Positions 40,424-50,069 of a stretch of DNA of 64,000 bases are shown here, in pieces; the first letter of the stretch is position 1, and the number at the start of each line of letters is the position of its first letter. Origin of the DNA: Candidatus Bathyarchaeia archaeon (GTDB lineage: Archaea > Thermoproteota > Bathyarchaeia > Bathyarchaeales > Bathycorpusculaceae); the NCBI GenBank assembly GCA_050012755.1, contig JBEKGO010000007.1:1-64000 (forward strand), read 5' to 3'. The notes beneath the pieces are model-generated. The model worked only from the letters and a program-made list of their open reading frames with translations. It had not been told where the DNA came from and searched no databases. A program made the position numbers and the translations under genes.

Positions 40424-41581
40424 ATGGTTCAAACAAAGCTGTGCATTGTTACACACACTTTTCTGCCCCATGTCGGCGGAATAGAAAAGGTCGTGAATGA
40501 ACAAAGCAAACGGCTACTTAAAAAAAACTTTGAGCCCATAGTGGTCACGAATCGGATTGGAACACCGAAACATTACGTTGTTGACGGCGTAAGCGTTGAG
40601 TGTTATGAGTCTTTAAACACAGGTTTTCGCCTTGGAATTCCTTATTCGATTCCGACTGTGCCAAGTTTTGGAACGTTTCTTAAGGCTGTAAAATCAAGCA
40701 AAATAGTTCACGCGCATGGTCACCCGTACCTTACCTCGCTTATAGCCGCTAAGCTTGCCAAGAGATATGATAAGCCATTTGTGCTGACTCAACATAACAC
40801 TTTCATTAAGTACGAAAATTTTTTTGACAAAGTTGAACGGTTAAATGATTTAGCCGTCGGGAAAGAAACACTGAAAGAAGCAGACAAGATAATCACTGTA
40901 AGCAACGCCACTAGGGATTATGTTCTAAGTTTAGGTGCGAAACCAAAAAAAGTTGAAGTTATGTATAACGGGGTTGATTTGGAACGTTTCAGGCCTTTGA
41001 CTGGGAAAAGAGAAGAAATGAGAAAAAAACTTGAAATTCCGCAAAACTCCAAAGTGGTCATAACTGTTAGGAGACTAGTTTTCAAAAACGGCATAGACAC
41101 TCTAATGGAATGCGCAAACGTCGTTGTCAAGAAGGACCCAAATATTATTTTTCTAGTTGTTGGCAAAGGCCCAGATCAAATTACCGTGCAGATGAGAGCT
41201 CAACAATTAGGGATAGAAAATAATTTTAGGCTCACTGGATTTGTGAAAGATGAAGATTTACCATTCTACTATAACGCTGCTGACTTCTTCGTCTTGCCTT
41301 CAAAATCAGGAGAAGGCTTGCCTTTGGTCGCCCTTGAAGCTATGGCTTGTGGATTACCAGTAATAGCGACGGATGTTGGTGGCATAAATGAAGTCTTGAC
41401 GGAGAAATGGGGGAGATTGGTCCCCGCTAACCAGCCTGAGTTACTTGCAGAGGCAGTTTTGGAGTTTGCAAATGAAGATTTTTCTTCGCGCAGAAGAGAA
41501 CTGAGGGCATTTGTAGAAGAGAAGTTCAGTTGGTACAAAAACGTAGAAAGGCTCGTCGAAATATACGAAGAGCTTATTTAA
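40424..41581 (+). CDS. glycosyltransferase family 4
   Basis: PHVGGIE, YNGVD, EGLPLVALEAMACG. Confidence 0.93.
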   Translation: MVQTKLCIVTHTFLPHVGGIEKVVNEQSKRLLKKNFEPIVVTNRIGTPKHYVVDGVSVECYESLNTGFRLGIPYSIPTVPSFGTFLKAVKSSKIVHAHGHPYLTSLIAAKLAKRYDKPFVLTQHNTFIKYENFFDKVERLNDLAVGKETLKEADKIITVSNATRDYVLSLGAKPKKVEVMYNGVDLERFRPLTGKREEMRKKLEIPQNSKVVITVRRLVFKNGIDTLMECANVVVKKDPNIIFLVVGKGPDQITVQMRAQQLGIENNFRLTGFVKDEDLPFYYNAADFFVLPSKSGEGLPLVALEAMACGLPVIATDVGGINEVLTEKWGRLVPANQPELLAEAVLEFANEDFSSRRRELRAFVEEKFSWYKNVERLVEIYEELI

Positions 41582-41626
41582 CCAAACTATGGAATCAATA
41601 TAGCCTTCACATCGGAGAAGCACAAG

Positions 41627-42364
41627 ATGACGTCCAAGGTTGAAATGGTTTCGGTTGTCATTCCAACACTCAACGAGGCGGGAAACATTCTGCAAGCAGT
41701 AACTACTATCCACAACGATTTAGCTTATCCCAAAGAAATAATCGTGGTGGATGGCAACTCAACGGACGGCACAAAAGAAATCGTCAAAGACCTAAGTTTT
41801 TGCAAGTTAATTATTGAACCAAGACGGGGATACGGTATTGCGCTCAAAACAGGCATGCAAAAGGCGAAGGGCAACATTATTGTGATGGTTGATGGCGACG
41901 GAACATATGAGGTTAGACATATCAACCGAATGCTGGAAAAAATGGTTGAAAAAGACGCCGATATGGTTTTGGCCACCCGTATGTACGATCCCAAAAAAGC
42001 TATGGGATTTTTGAATTTTATCGGCAATAAAGTCATCACTTTCAGTTTTGATTTTTTCTATAGCCAATTTTTAAGTGACAGCCAGTCGGGTTTTAGAGCA
42101 ATCTCCCATGAAGCCTTCAACAACGTAACTTTGAAAGAGGGAGACATGGCATTTGCCACAGAGATGCTTATCCAATTTGCTAGAGAAGGATACAACATGG
42201 TTGAAATTCCGACTACTTACAAAGCCCGACATTATGGGAAAACAAAACTTAAACCATTTAAGTCAGGGATTGAAATATTCAGTACAATATTCCGGGGGAT
42301 TCTTGATCCAACGACGTTTAGAACGTGTTACGAGCATTGGAAGAAAAATCGGCTTAAACGATGA
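41627..42364 (+). CDS. glycosyltransferase family 2 (DPM1-like)
   Basis: VIPTLNE, VDGNSTDGT, DGDG, DSQSGFR. Confidence 0.92.
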   Translation: MTSKVEMVSVVIPTLNEAGNILQAVTTIHNDLAYPKEIIVVDGNSTDGTKEIVKDLSFCKLIIEPRRGYGIALKTGMQKAKGNIIVMVDGDGTYEVRHINRMLEKMVEKDADMVLATRMYDPKKAMGFLNFIGNKVITFSFDFFYSQFLSDSQSGFRAISHEAFNNVTLKEGDMAFATEMLIQFAREGYNMVEIPTTYKARHYGKTKLKPFKSGIEIFSTIFRGILDPTTFRTCYEHWKKNRLKR

Positions 42365-42830
42365 GAAAGGCTACGCAGTTGCCATTCTTATTGTTTTAAT
42401 AATTGTATCCGCACTCGTCGCAGGCTACTATTTAGTATTTAATACACCACCAGCAGGGTACAACACAATCTACATCCTTGACGCTCAAAAACAAGCGGTT
42501 AATTACCCAGTTTCGTTAGTTGCCAACCAGAACAGCACTTTTGACCTTTGGATAGGCGTTGTAAACAATATGGGAGGAAACGGAAACCAAAGTTATCAGG
42601 TCCTCGTTAAAATAACCTCGAACCCTCCAAGTTTCCCAGTTAACGTTCAGCCAACCCAAACATACGATTTAAGCTTAAGAAACACCGCAACTTGGCAAAC
42701 TGAATCAACGATAACTCTGAATCAGGTTGGAAACTATTGGGTTGTGTTTGAGCTATGGCATCAAAATTCTGCGGGCACGTACGATTTTACAAATGATGAA
42801 GCTGACTTAAACGTTCAAGTTACCAGTTAA
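42153..42830 (+). CDS. DUF1616-like membrane-anchored protein (true start probably near 42340-42350)
   Basis: TM followed by YILD.Q.QAVNYP and an Ig-like beta domain; the 5' part of the ORF overlaps the GT2 gene. Confidence 0.6.
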   Translation: MPQRCLSNLLEKDTTWLKFRLLTKPDIMGKQNLNHLSQGLKYSVQYSGGFLIQRRLERVTSIGRKIGLNDEKGYAVAILIVLIIVSALVAGYYLVFNTPPAGYNTIYILDAQKQAVNYPVSLVANQNSTFDLWIGVVNNMGGNGNQSYQVLVKITSNPPSFPVNVQPTQTYDLSLRNTATWQTESTITLNQVGNYWVVFELWHQNSAGTYDFTNDEADLNVQVTS

Positions 42831-44288
42831 TTTTTGTCTTTGGGCAAATTCTTTTTCGATGGCTACTCGATGGATGTTGTTGTAGGCGCAGAATGGTATG
42901 ATTTTGAGGTCGGGTGTAATGTAGTGGACTACGCAGCGTCTGACTCGGTTAACATCAAAATTGTATGAGTCCATGAATGCCATGCACCCCAGCAGAAAGA
43001 TTCTTCTGCGGATTTTGCCTAGCGACTGATAAGAGGGGGATAGGTGCATTCGCATAATTGAGTTCATCAGGGTAAGCATGCCGACTTCTTTGGTCACTAA
43101 GAACATGTCCATCGAAAGCATAGAAGCCATAAACAGAGAAGAGAGCAACGAGAGTTTGCCTTTAGACTCTGCGGTCTCTGCAGTTTTGCGAATGCTATTA
43201 AAGAATCTGTCAAAGTTGACGAAGCGATTGATTGGGAACATTTTGCCATCTTTTGAAACGTAAATCCAGTTTACAATGCCGCATTGTGGGCTACAGGAGA
43301 AGAGAGGCCAAGGTTTCTGCATGAATTTACGCATTATCTTTATGGGAGAAGTCATGACCGACATCGGGTACAGGTCAGTGCTTTTAATTTCGCCACGTGT
43401 TTGCCTCTCGACGTCTTCGGCAAAATGCCATTCACGGAAGTTTTCCCTAAATCTGTTTGCCGTAGCCCTGCCCGTGAAGGCGATTGGCTGGAAAATCAAG
43501 CCCCTAACAATATCAGTGTTTTTTGACGCGAACCTAATTATGTCGCCGACTTCTTCATCGTTTAAACTCTTCATAAGTGTGTTTACGAGGATTACTTCTA
43601 TGTCGTATTGACGGCAAACGTCCAGAGCTTTTAACTTGTAGTCAAAAAGCGCTTGCCCTCGAACCTTCTTGTAGAAGTCATCATGAAAACTGTCAAATTG
43701 CAAGTAAACAATGTTTAACCCGCTTTTCTTTAGCCTTTCCGCTAACTGGGGATTTTCAGCTAAACGCACGCCGTTAGTGGCAAGAATAGTCATGAACTTG
43801 AGTTTATGTGCTACAGCGATGATTTCAGGCATATCTTCCCGTTCAGTCGGTTCTCCACCTGAGAAGAGTATGGCTGGTGGTTTGGGGTTGGCTTGGCTTG
43901 CGAATTCAAGCATTCTGATAAGGTGTTCGTTGGTGGGTTCGTAATCGATTTCTTGCTCAGGAAAAGTTGAGAAGCAGATGGCGCATTTTAGGTTGCACCG
44001 TTTGGTTACATCGATGACTCCTATGACCGTGCCTGAAGCGTGGTTGTTGCATGTTTCGCAAACGTAGGGACAGCCTTTTGGGTCTTTTGGAGCGTTTAAG
44101 TCGCCGAGGTATTGGAATTGATCGTAGGTTTGCATGTGATTGTAAACATCTGTGCTCTGCCAATGAGTCGCTTCAAAGTTTCCGTGTTCGGGGCATTGCT
44201 TGGTGATTTGAATTTTTCCGTTTGCCTGTGTTAATTGAGCATCGATTTTTTTCTGGCATTCAGGGCAGATGCTCTTGGTGTCGGTCAT
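42807..44288 (-). CDS. tes: tetraether synthase (Tes/GDGT-MAS, MJ0619 family)-like radical SAM
   Basis: N-terminal CPEC...CPEH, GCPYVCETCNNH, rSAM CNLKCAIC, SGGEPT, C-terminal CSPQCG, MAFMDSYNFD..R..RCVVHY, IPFCAYN. Confidence 0.85.
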   Translation of the reverse strand: MTDTKSICPECQKKIDAQLTQANGKIQITKQCPEHGNFEATHWQSTDVYNHMQTYDQFQYLGDLNAPKDPKGCPYVCETCNNHASGTVIGVIDVTKRCNLKCAICFSTFPEQEIDYEPTNEHLIRMLEFASQANPKPPAILFSGGEPTEREDMPEIIAVAHKLKFMTILATNGVRLAENPQLAERLKKSGLNIVYLQFDSFHDDFYKKVRGQALFDYKLKALDVCRQYDIEVILVNTLMKSLNDEEVGDIIRFASKNTDIVRGLIFQPIAFTGRATANRFRENFREWHFAEDVERQTRGEIKSTDLYPMSVMTSPIKIMRKFMQKPWPLFSCSPQCGIVNWIYVSKDGKMFPINRFVNFDRFFNSIRKTAETAESKGKLSLLSSLFMASMLSMDMFLVTKEVGMLTLMNSIMRMHLSPSYQSLGKIRRRIFLLGCMAFMDSYNFDVNRVRRCVVHYITPDLKIIPFCAYNNIHRVAIEKEFAQRQKLTGNLNV

Positions 44289-45160
44289 ATTAACCCTCCA
44301 AGTGTTGCTTCGATTATTAACGCTAACGGAAGAAGAATCATCGACATCGTGACTAAACGCTCATATTTCCTAACATTCTGCACTGTTGAAGCTGAAGTTG
44401 CTAAACGAATTGAAGAGTAAATTAAAAGAACACTCCACAACAAAATGAAGGGCAAATAGGCAATTGTAAACTTGCCTATGAAGTAGGGAAGAGGAGCAAG
44501 AACTCCAGTTAAAGTGAAAAAAACTGCAGCCAGTTTCGCTGAGTTTACGCTGCCGATTTTCTGTGGAAGAGTTGGATAACCAACCTTTGAATCCCCATCG
44601 ATGCTGAGGATGTCACGCAACACATTGCCACCTATTGTGCCAAAAGCTATTGGGTATAGACTTAAAGAAATTAAGTTGATCGTGCCTGAGATGGTGGCTT
44701 GTCCGTACATGAAAGCTGTTCCAGTTAAAATTCCGACCAAGATGTTAGCGGCAAAACCTGATTTACGTTTCACAATCGTTGAGTAAATCAGAAGTAGTGT
44801 TGAATCAGCCGCGATAATTGCGAAACTTAACCAGTTAATGAATGCAGCCATAATCAAACCTACAACGAAAAGTATTCCTGAAATTGCCACTACTTGTTTT
44901 AGTGAAAGAGCACCCGACGGAATGGGGCGTTTTGGATTTATTACTGCGTCGCTTTCTCTGTCGAAAAAGTCGTTGATTGCAAAGCCTGCAGACGTTATGA
45001 AAGCCATGGAAAAGAAAATGAGCAAAATTGTTTGTATGCTGAGGCTAAGAGGGTTTTTCGTGATGGCAAAAGCCGTTAAAAGTGATAAGCCGCCAGTCAT
45101 CAGCCAGTAGGGAAGCCGCAGAAGAGCGACTAATCCTCTAGCTGGCATCGGCTTGCTCAT
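44285..45160 (-). CDS. UbiA-family prenyltransferase, DGGGP synthase-like
   Basis: NDFFDRESD..INP.RPIPSG, LRDI..IDGD...G..TLP; about 8 TM; overlaps the tes start. Confidence 0.82.
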   Translation of the reverse strand: MSKPMPARGLVALLRLPYWLMTGGLSLLTAFAITKNPLSLSIQTILLIFFSMAFITSAGFAINDFFDRESDAVINPKRPIPSGALSLKQVVAISGILFVVGLIMAAFINWLSFAIIAADSTLLLIYSTIVKRKSGFAANILVGILTGTAFMYGQATISGTINLISLSLYPIAFGTIGGNVLRDILSIDGDSKVGYPTLPQKIGSVNSAKLAAVFFTLTGVLAPLPYFIGKFTIAYLPFILLWSVLLIYSSIRLATSASTVQNVRKYERLVTMSMILLPLALIIEATLGGLI

Positions 45161-46092
45161 TTTGATATTTTCCTGTCGTCGATGACTTCTTTAATGCTAT
45201 CTTCAAGGCTTACTTTGGGATTCCAATTTAACTCTTTTTTAGCTTTAGAAATGTCAAACCAAATTGTGTTAATGTCGCCTTGCCAAGAAACACCAGTTGT
45301 TGTAACAAATGTTTTCTTTTCCAAACCCAAAATTTTAATCATCATTTTGGCAAGGTCTATTATCTTGGTTGTAGTGCCAAAGCCTAAGTTGTAGGTTTTA
45401 CCGTTTGTTGACTTATTTGACCCGACAATGACTAATGCATCGACAACATCGGAAACATGCACAAGGTCTCTTGACTGCAATCCAGTGCCGATAATTTCTA
45501 GTTTGCCCGGGTTTTTAGCGAGTTTATCAAGAAAGTCATGGATAACTCCATGGCATCTTAACCCGTATACGTTGGCGAACCTCGTAATAGTAATGTCTAA
45601 ACCATATTGGTCCACGTACATGCCGCAATATTCTTCACCAACTACCTTGGATAAGCCGTAGCATGAAACAGGGTGAAAGCCGTATTCTTCTTTTGTCGGC
45701 AATTCTGTAGGATTGCCATAAACTGCCGCGCTAGATGCGAAAACAAGTTTTGCATCATCCTTCCTTGCTTTTTCTAATACGGCGAGGGTACCTTTGGCGT
45801 TTGTTTCGAAATCTATCATGGGATTCTCCATGGAGTAGGGAACCACAACCTGGGCTGCTAAGTGATAAATCAAGTCAGCCTTCTCTTGAGAGCATAGTTT
45901 TTTGACGTCAAGAATGTCGCCTTTTACAAGTTTTGCTTTAGGTACGTCTTTTACGTTTTCCATTTTGCCGCTTGACAAGTTATCGTAAATAGTTAAGTTA
46001 GAAGCTAGTTTTGACAGTCTAGTACAAAGGTGAAAGCCAATAAAACCCGCGCCGCCAGTAACAAGTATTTTTTTCCCCTCAAGTTCTCCCAT
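45157..46092 (-). CDS. NAD-dependent nucleotide-sugar epimerase/dehydratase
   Basis: TGGAGFIG, HLAA, SSAAVYG, YGLSK, RFANVYG. Confidence 0.93.
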   Translation of the reverse strand: MGELEGKKILVTGGAGFIGFHLCTRLSKLASNLTIYDNLSSGKMENVKDVPKAKLVKGDILDVKKLCSQEKADLIYHLAAQVVVPYSMENPMIDFETNAKGTLAVLEKARKDDAKLVFASSAAVYGNPTELPTKEEYGFHPVSCYGLSKVVGEEYCGMYVDQYGLDITITRFANVYGLRCHGVIHDFLDKLAKNPGKLEIIGTGLQSRDLVHVSDVVDALVIVGSNKSTNGKTYNLGFGTTTKIIDLAKMMIKILGLEKKTFVTTTGVSWQGDINTIWFDISKAKKELNWNPKVSLEDSIKEVIDDRKISK

Positions 46093-46139
46093 TTAAATCA
46101 CGATAAAGCCTATATTTCTTTAAGTCAGTTGTAGGGTAT

Positions 46140-46985
46140 ATGTCGCCAGTGAAACCTATAAAAACTTTTAGGGATTTGCTGTCTTTCCTAACCATTATTC
46201 CAGTTGGCGGAAAAGAAGACTTTGTTTTCACAACAGCCGAAAATGTGTATCTTTTTCCATTAATCGGCGGCTTTATTGGGCTGTTAGCGGCGGCTTACTT
46301 TGTCGGTTCAGGCTTTATTGTAAGGTTTTTGTTTGGTTTGGTGAATTCGGTTATTGTGTTGCCGACCGATTTCTTATCTAGGCTCGCGGTTGCTGCTATG
46401 ACCGTGGCTTTCCTTCTTGTTATAACAGGGCTTCAACACTTTGATGGCTTAATCGATTTAGGCAACGCAGTTGGACTGGGGAACATGCATGACCGAAAAA
46501 TGGTTGCTCACGCTTGGACCGTAACTTACGCAGGAGCTTTGCTTGCGATAATCGTAGAGTTCGCCGCGTTTGTCGGTTTATTTTTTGTTTTTAGCCCATT
46601 GCTTGCTTTTGCCGCAATAATTGCTGCTGAAGTTTCAGCTAAATTGGCTATGGTTACAATTGTTTGGGTTGGAAAGCCCACGCACAAGGGGTTAGGCTCA
46701 ATTTTTCTGTCAAAGGCAAAAAAGAAATTAAACGTTATCGCTTATGGGCTTTCGGCTTTGATTGTTTATCCATTTTTCGCTTATGCACTTAACCCGCTTC
46801 TGGGTTTAGTCGGCGTCGCTGTAGTGCTGGTTAGCATTCCAGTAGCCCTTGTAATGGAGAAAGTTTCAGAAAGAGTCTTTGGAGGAGTGTCAGGCGATAC
46901 TATCGGAGCAACCAACGAGGTCGCCAGGGCAGTCACACTTATTTTGCTTGCAGCCATGTTTGCAGTGCTGGCGATTTTGAAATGA
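46140..46985 (+). CDS. divergent CobS-like protein (second copy)
   Basis: FLTIIP, TGLQHFDGLIDLGNA, GGVSGDTIGATNE. Confidence 0.8.
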   Translation: MSPVKPIKTFRDLLSFLTIIPVGGKEDFVFTTAENVYLFPLIGGFIGLLAAAYFVGSGFIVRFLFGLVNSVIVLPTDFLSRLAVAAMTVAFLLVITGLQHFDGLIDLGNAVGLGNMHDRKMVAHAWTVTYAGALLAIIVEFAAFVGLFFVFSPLLAFAAIIAAEVSAKLAMVTIVWVGKPTHKGLGSIFLSKAKKKLNVIAYGLSALIVYPFFAYALNPLLGLVGVAVVLVSIPVALVMEKVSERVFGGVSGDTIGATNEVARAVTLILLAAMFAVLAILK

Positions 46986-47605
46986 AAGTTCCCGCGTTAA
47001 TTATGGCTGGCGGCAAAGGCATTCGAATGGGTTTGCCAACTGAGAAGCCGCTTTTGCCCCTCTTAGGCAAACCGCTTGTCGATTGGGTTGCAGATGCAGT
47101 TGCCAATGCCCAAAAGGTTTCAGAGTTTTATGTGGTTACCAGCTCGAATACTCCTGAAACGGAGAAATATTGCCAAAACAAGGGATGGAAAGTGTTACGC
47201 ACGGACGCCAAAGGCTACCACAATGACCTCAAACAGGCTGCGAAGTTGGCTGGTTTGATGGGCCCAATTCTAACAATACCAGCTGATTCTCCAGCTGTCA
47301 CAGGCGAATTCCTTGACAAAATTGTTAGCCAGTTTGAAGCTTGCGGTAAAGACTTCTATGCAGTTTTTGTGCCAATTTCAGCTCGCGAAGCTTTGGGATT
47401 ATCAATCGACTCAACCGACGAATACAAGGGCGAATGGTATGCAGTTTCAGGAGTCAACATTGTCAATGGCGATAAAAGTCAGGGAGAGGGCAAAATCGAA
47501 ACAAGCGCTCTAATTACAGAGGAAATTGAAGTTCTTCTAAATATTAATACACTGAAAGATTTAGAAATCGCAGAAAAAATAATGCAAATCAGAAAGTTAA
47601 GTTAA
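46982..47605 (+). CDS. CobY-like nucleotidyltransferase (second copy)
   Basis: MAGGKGIRM..EKP, ADSP, GVNI, NINT. Confidence 0.82.
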   Translation: MKVPALIMAGGKGIRMGLPTEKPLLPLLGKPLVDWVADAVANAQKVSEFYVVTSSNTPETEKYCQNKGWKVLRTDAKGYHNDLKQAAKLAGLMGPILTIPADSPAVTGEFLDKIVSQFEACGKDFYAVFVPISAREALGLSIDSTDEYKGEWYAVSGVNIVNGDKSQGEGKIETSALITEEIEVLLNINTLKDLEIAEKIMQIRKLS

Positions 47606-47692
47606 GCTGCAAGGGACGCAGTTTTTAGAGAAATATTTAACATCCTAAGTACCTACTCTAAACCAGTTGCAGCCTCAGGAGACAAATCTCGG

Positions 47693-49135
47693 ATGAGCCT
47701 ACTAAGTCACGATAGCTTCTGGAATGCAGTGATAACTCTGCCCATGACCAAAAAAATGCTGCAACTATCTCTAAAAAAATGCCCTGCGTGTGGCAGAACA
47801 GTTCTTGAAGCGGCATTGGACGCTTATGCTGGGAAAACCGATCGTGACTGTGAAAAATGCAGCGTTTTTTACTCGCAGATTATTGGTTTCTGGGTTGAAT
47901 TTCTAAGACGAAGCTTAAATTTTAAGCGAGAAAAGGTTGAGAAGCTTTTAGCTGACCCGTATGCAAGGCGGGCGGTAATAAACTTAACCAAGAGTTTTGC
48001 TTACGTTGGAATCAAAAAGCCAATCTCACTTTATGCTCCCTTCTTGATTGTTTGGGATTTTACGCATAATTGCAATTTGAAATGCAAGCACTGCTACTCA
48101 AATAGCGGCGCAATCAGGGAAGAAGAATTGACCACGCAGCAGGCTAAAGATGTGGTAGATCAGATTGCAGATGCCGGAGTGACGGCTCTTGCTTTTTCAG
48201 GTGGTGAACCCTTAACCCGCAGTGACTTTTTTGAGGTTGCACGATATGCGGCCGACCGTGGGCTCTATATATCCGTCGCCACAAACGGCACTCTGCTAAC
48301 CAAAGAAAATGTGCAGAAACTCAAAGCCGCCAAAGTCAACTATTTGGACATCAGCATTGATGGTGCCTGCGCCAAAACACACGACGAATTCCGAGGCGTT
48401 CCAGGAGCGTTTGACAAAGCGGTCGCTGGTTTGAAGAACTGTATTGAAGCAGATTTATGCGTGTGCATAGCTACAACGGCAACAAAAAGTAATCTTGAAG
48501 AAATGCCAGCAATAATTGATTTAGCCGAAGAATTAGGGGCAGAGAGATTTACTAACTTTAATTTTGTTCCAGCAGGCAGAGGCAAAGCACATTATGAACA
48601 GGACCTGTCCCCTGAAGAACGGGAAAAACTTATGCGGTACCTGCTGGCAAGGATGTCTAAGGGCTGCAAAACGACCATTCTTACAACTGCTCCTCAGCTA
48701 GCCCGCGTTGGTATACAGTGTCAAGGAACAGAAGGCACAGGCGAAATAACTATGTCCATGGCCCACATGCAAACCGTCAAAGTAACCAAAAAAGCGGTTC
48801 CATTGGCAGATTTTATCGGCGGATGCGGTGCCGGACGTCTATATTGCTCACTCTCACCCCAAGGAGATGTTCACCCATGTGTCTTTCTACCAGTAAATGT
48901 GGGCAACCTCAAAACCGAAAAGTTCCAAGACATCTGGATAAACGCGCCACTCTTTAACGCGTTTAGAAATAGAGCAAACCTAAAGGGAGCCTGCGGTAAA
49001 TGCACTTACAAATATATTTGCGGTGGGTGCAGAGCACGGTCAGCAGCCTACCATAACGGTGACATGTTAAATTCTGACCCCGGCTGCATAATGGGAGTGA
49101 AAGGTGCCAAAAGTGCTTATCCCACAAACAGTTAA
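47693..49135 (+). CDS. radical SAM/SPASM protein with N-terminal Cys domain; possible GMGT synthase (Gms)-like
   Basis: CPAC..CEKC, APFLIVWDFTHNCNLKCKHCY, SGGEP, SPASM CGAG...PC...C..C.Y...CGGCRA...DP.C; the Gms assignment is inferred. Confidence 0.7.
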   Translation: MSLLSHDSFWNAVITLPMTKKMLQLSLKKCPACGRTVLEAALDAYAGKTDRDCEKCSVFYSQIIGFWVEFLRRSLNFKREKVEKLLADPYARRAVINLTKSFAYVGIKKPISLYAPFLIVWDFTHNCNLKCKHCYSNSGAIREEELTTQQAKDVVDQIADAGVTALAFSGGEPLTRSDFFEVARYAADRGLYISVATNGTLLTKENVQKLKAAKVNYLDISIDGACAKTHDEFRGVPGAFDKAVAGLKNCIEADLCVCIATTATKSNLEEMPAIIDLAEELGAERFTNFNFVPAGRGKAHYEQDLSPEEREKLMRYLLARMSKGCKTTILTTAPQLARVGIQCQGTEGTGEITMSMAHMQTVKVTKKAVPLADFIGGCGAGRLYCSLSPQGDVHPCVFLPVNVGNLKTEKFQDIWINAPLFNAFRNRANLKGACGKCTYKYICGGCRARSAAYHNGDMLNSDPGCIMGVKGAKSAYPTNS

Positions 49136-50069
49136 AATCTTCCGTGCAGAAGCTGATATAAGCGAAATTGTAAAGGAAGCCGTCGCTAATTCGGGGTTAC
49201 GTGGCAAACACAAAATTTTCGTTAAGCCTAACCTAAGTCACCCAGAGTACTTGCCGGGTGTTGTTACAAGCCCTGAATTAATGCAGCAACTCGTCGGCTT
49301 GCTACGCGATGGAAACAGCGAAGTCATTGTGGGCGAATCAAACGGCTTCAACTATCCCTGTTGGACAGCGTTTGATAAAACAGGCGCCGAAGCCGCAGTG
49401 AAAGCGGCAGGTGGCAGTGTAATCAACCTCTCCGAAGAAAAAGTGGTTGAAGTAAAATTCCAGGGTAACACTCCACTGAAACGGCTGTTTCTGCCCAAAA
49501 CTATCCTTGATGCCGACGCTGTTGTGGATTTGCCCTTGATGAAAACACATGAGTTCATGGCATTCAGTGGCGCAATCAAAAATCTATTTGGCTGCGTTCC
49601 CAGCAACAAACGAATCTATTTACATCCATATTTGCCTGAGGTGTTTTATCGACTATACACCCTTTTCAAACCTCAATTAACGATTATGGATGCGAGGACA
49701 GGCATTGAAGGCAATGGACCAACTAAAGGCAAACCAGTTAAAATGGGGTTAATGCTAACAGGCAACGATGCATTAGCAGTAGATATAACCGCCGCCAAAG
49801 TCATGATGCTCGATTGGAAAGAAACCTATCTGAATTACATCACCAATAAAACGGGTTTACGCGAAGACGATATCAATGTTGAAGGCTTGCCGATTGGCAA
49901 AGTTGAGCACAGGTTTGAGCTGCCTCGGATTGATTTGCCCTTGAAAGCACAAATGATGATTTACCAACATGAATACCTAACGAAATTTTTCTTCTGCTCA
50001 TTGGATATTGTTAAGTTGTTCCAGAAGGTAACTGTGGCCTATCGAGGCGAACCCGTAGAAATCGGTTAA
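49104..50069 (+). CDS. DUF362 family protein
   Basis: VKPNL, LPLMKTH, GAIKNLFG, GNGP; overlaps the upstream radical SAM. Confidence 0.88.
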   Translation: MPKVLIPQTVKIFRAEADISEIVKEAVANSGLRGKHKIFVKPNLSHPEYLPGVVTSPELMQQLVGLLRDGNSEVIVGESNGFNYPCWTAFDKTGAEAAVKAAGGSVINLSEEKVVEVKFQGNTPLKRLFLPKTILDADAVVDLPLMKTHEFMAFSGAIKNLFGCVPSNKRIYLHPYLPEVFYRLYTLFKPQLTIMDARTGIEGNGPTKGKPVKMGLMLTGNDALAVDITAAKVMMLDWKETYLNYITNKTGLREDDINVEGLPIGKVEHRFELPRIDLPLKAQMMIYQHEYLTKFFFCSLDIVKLFQKVTVAYRGEPVEIG

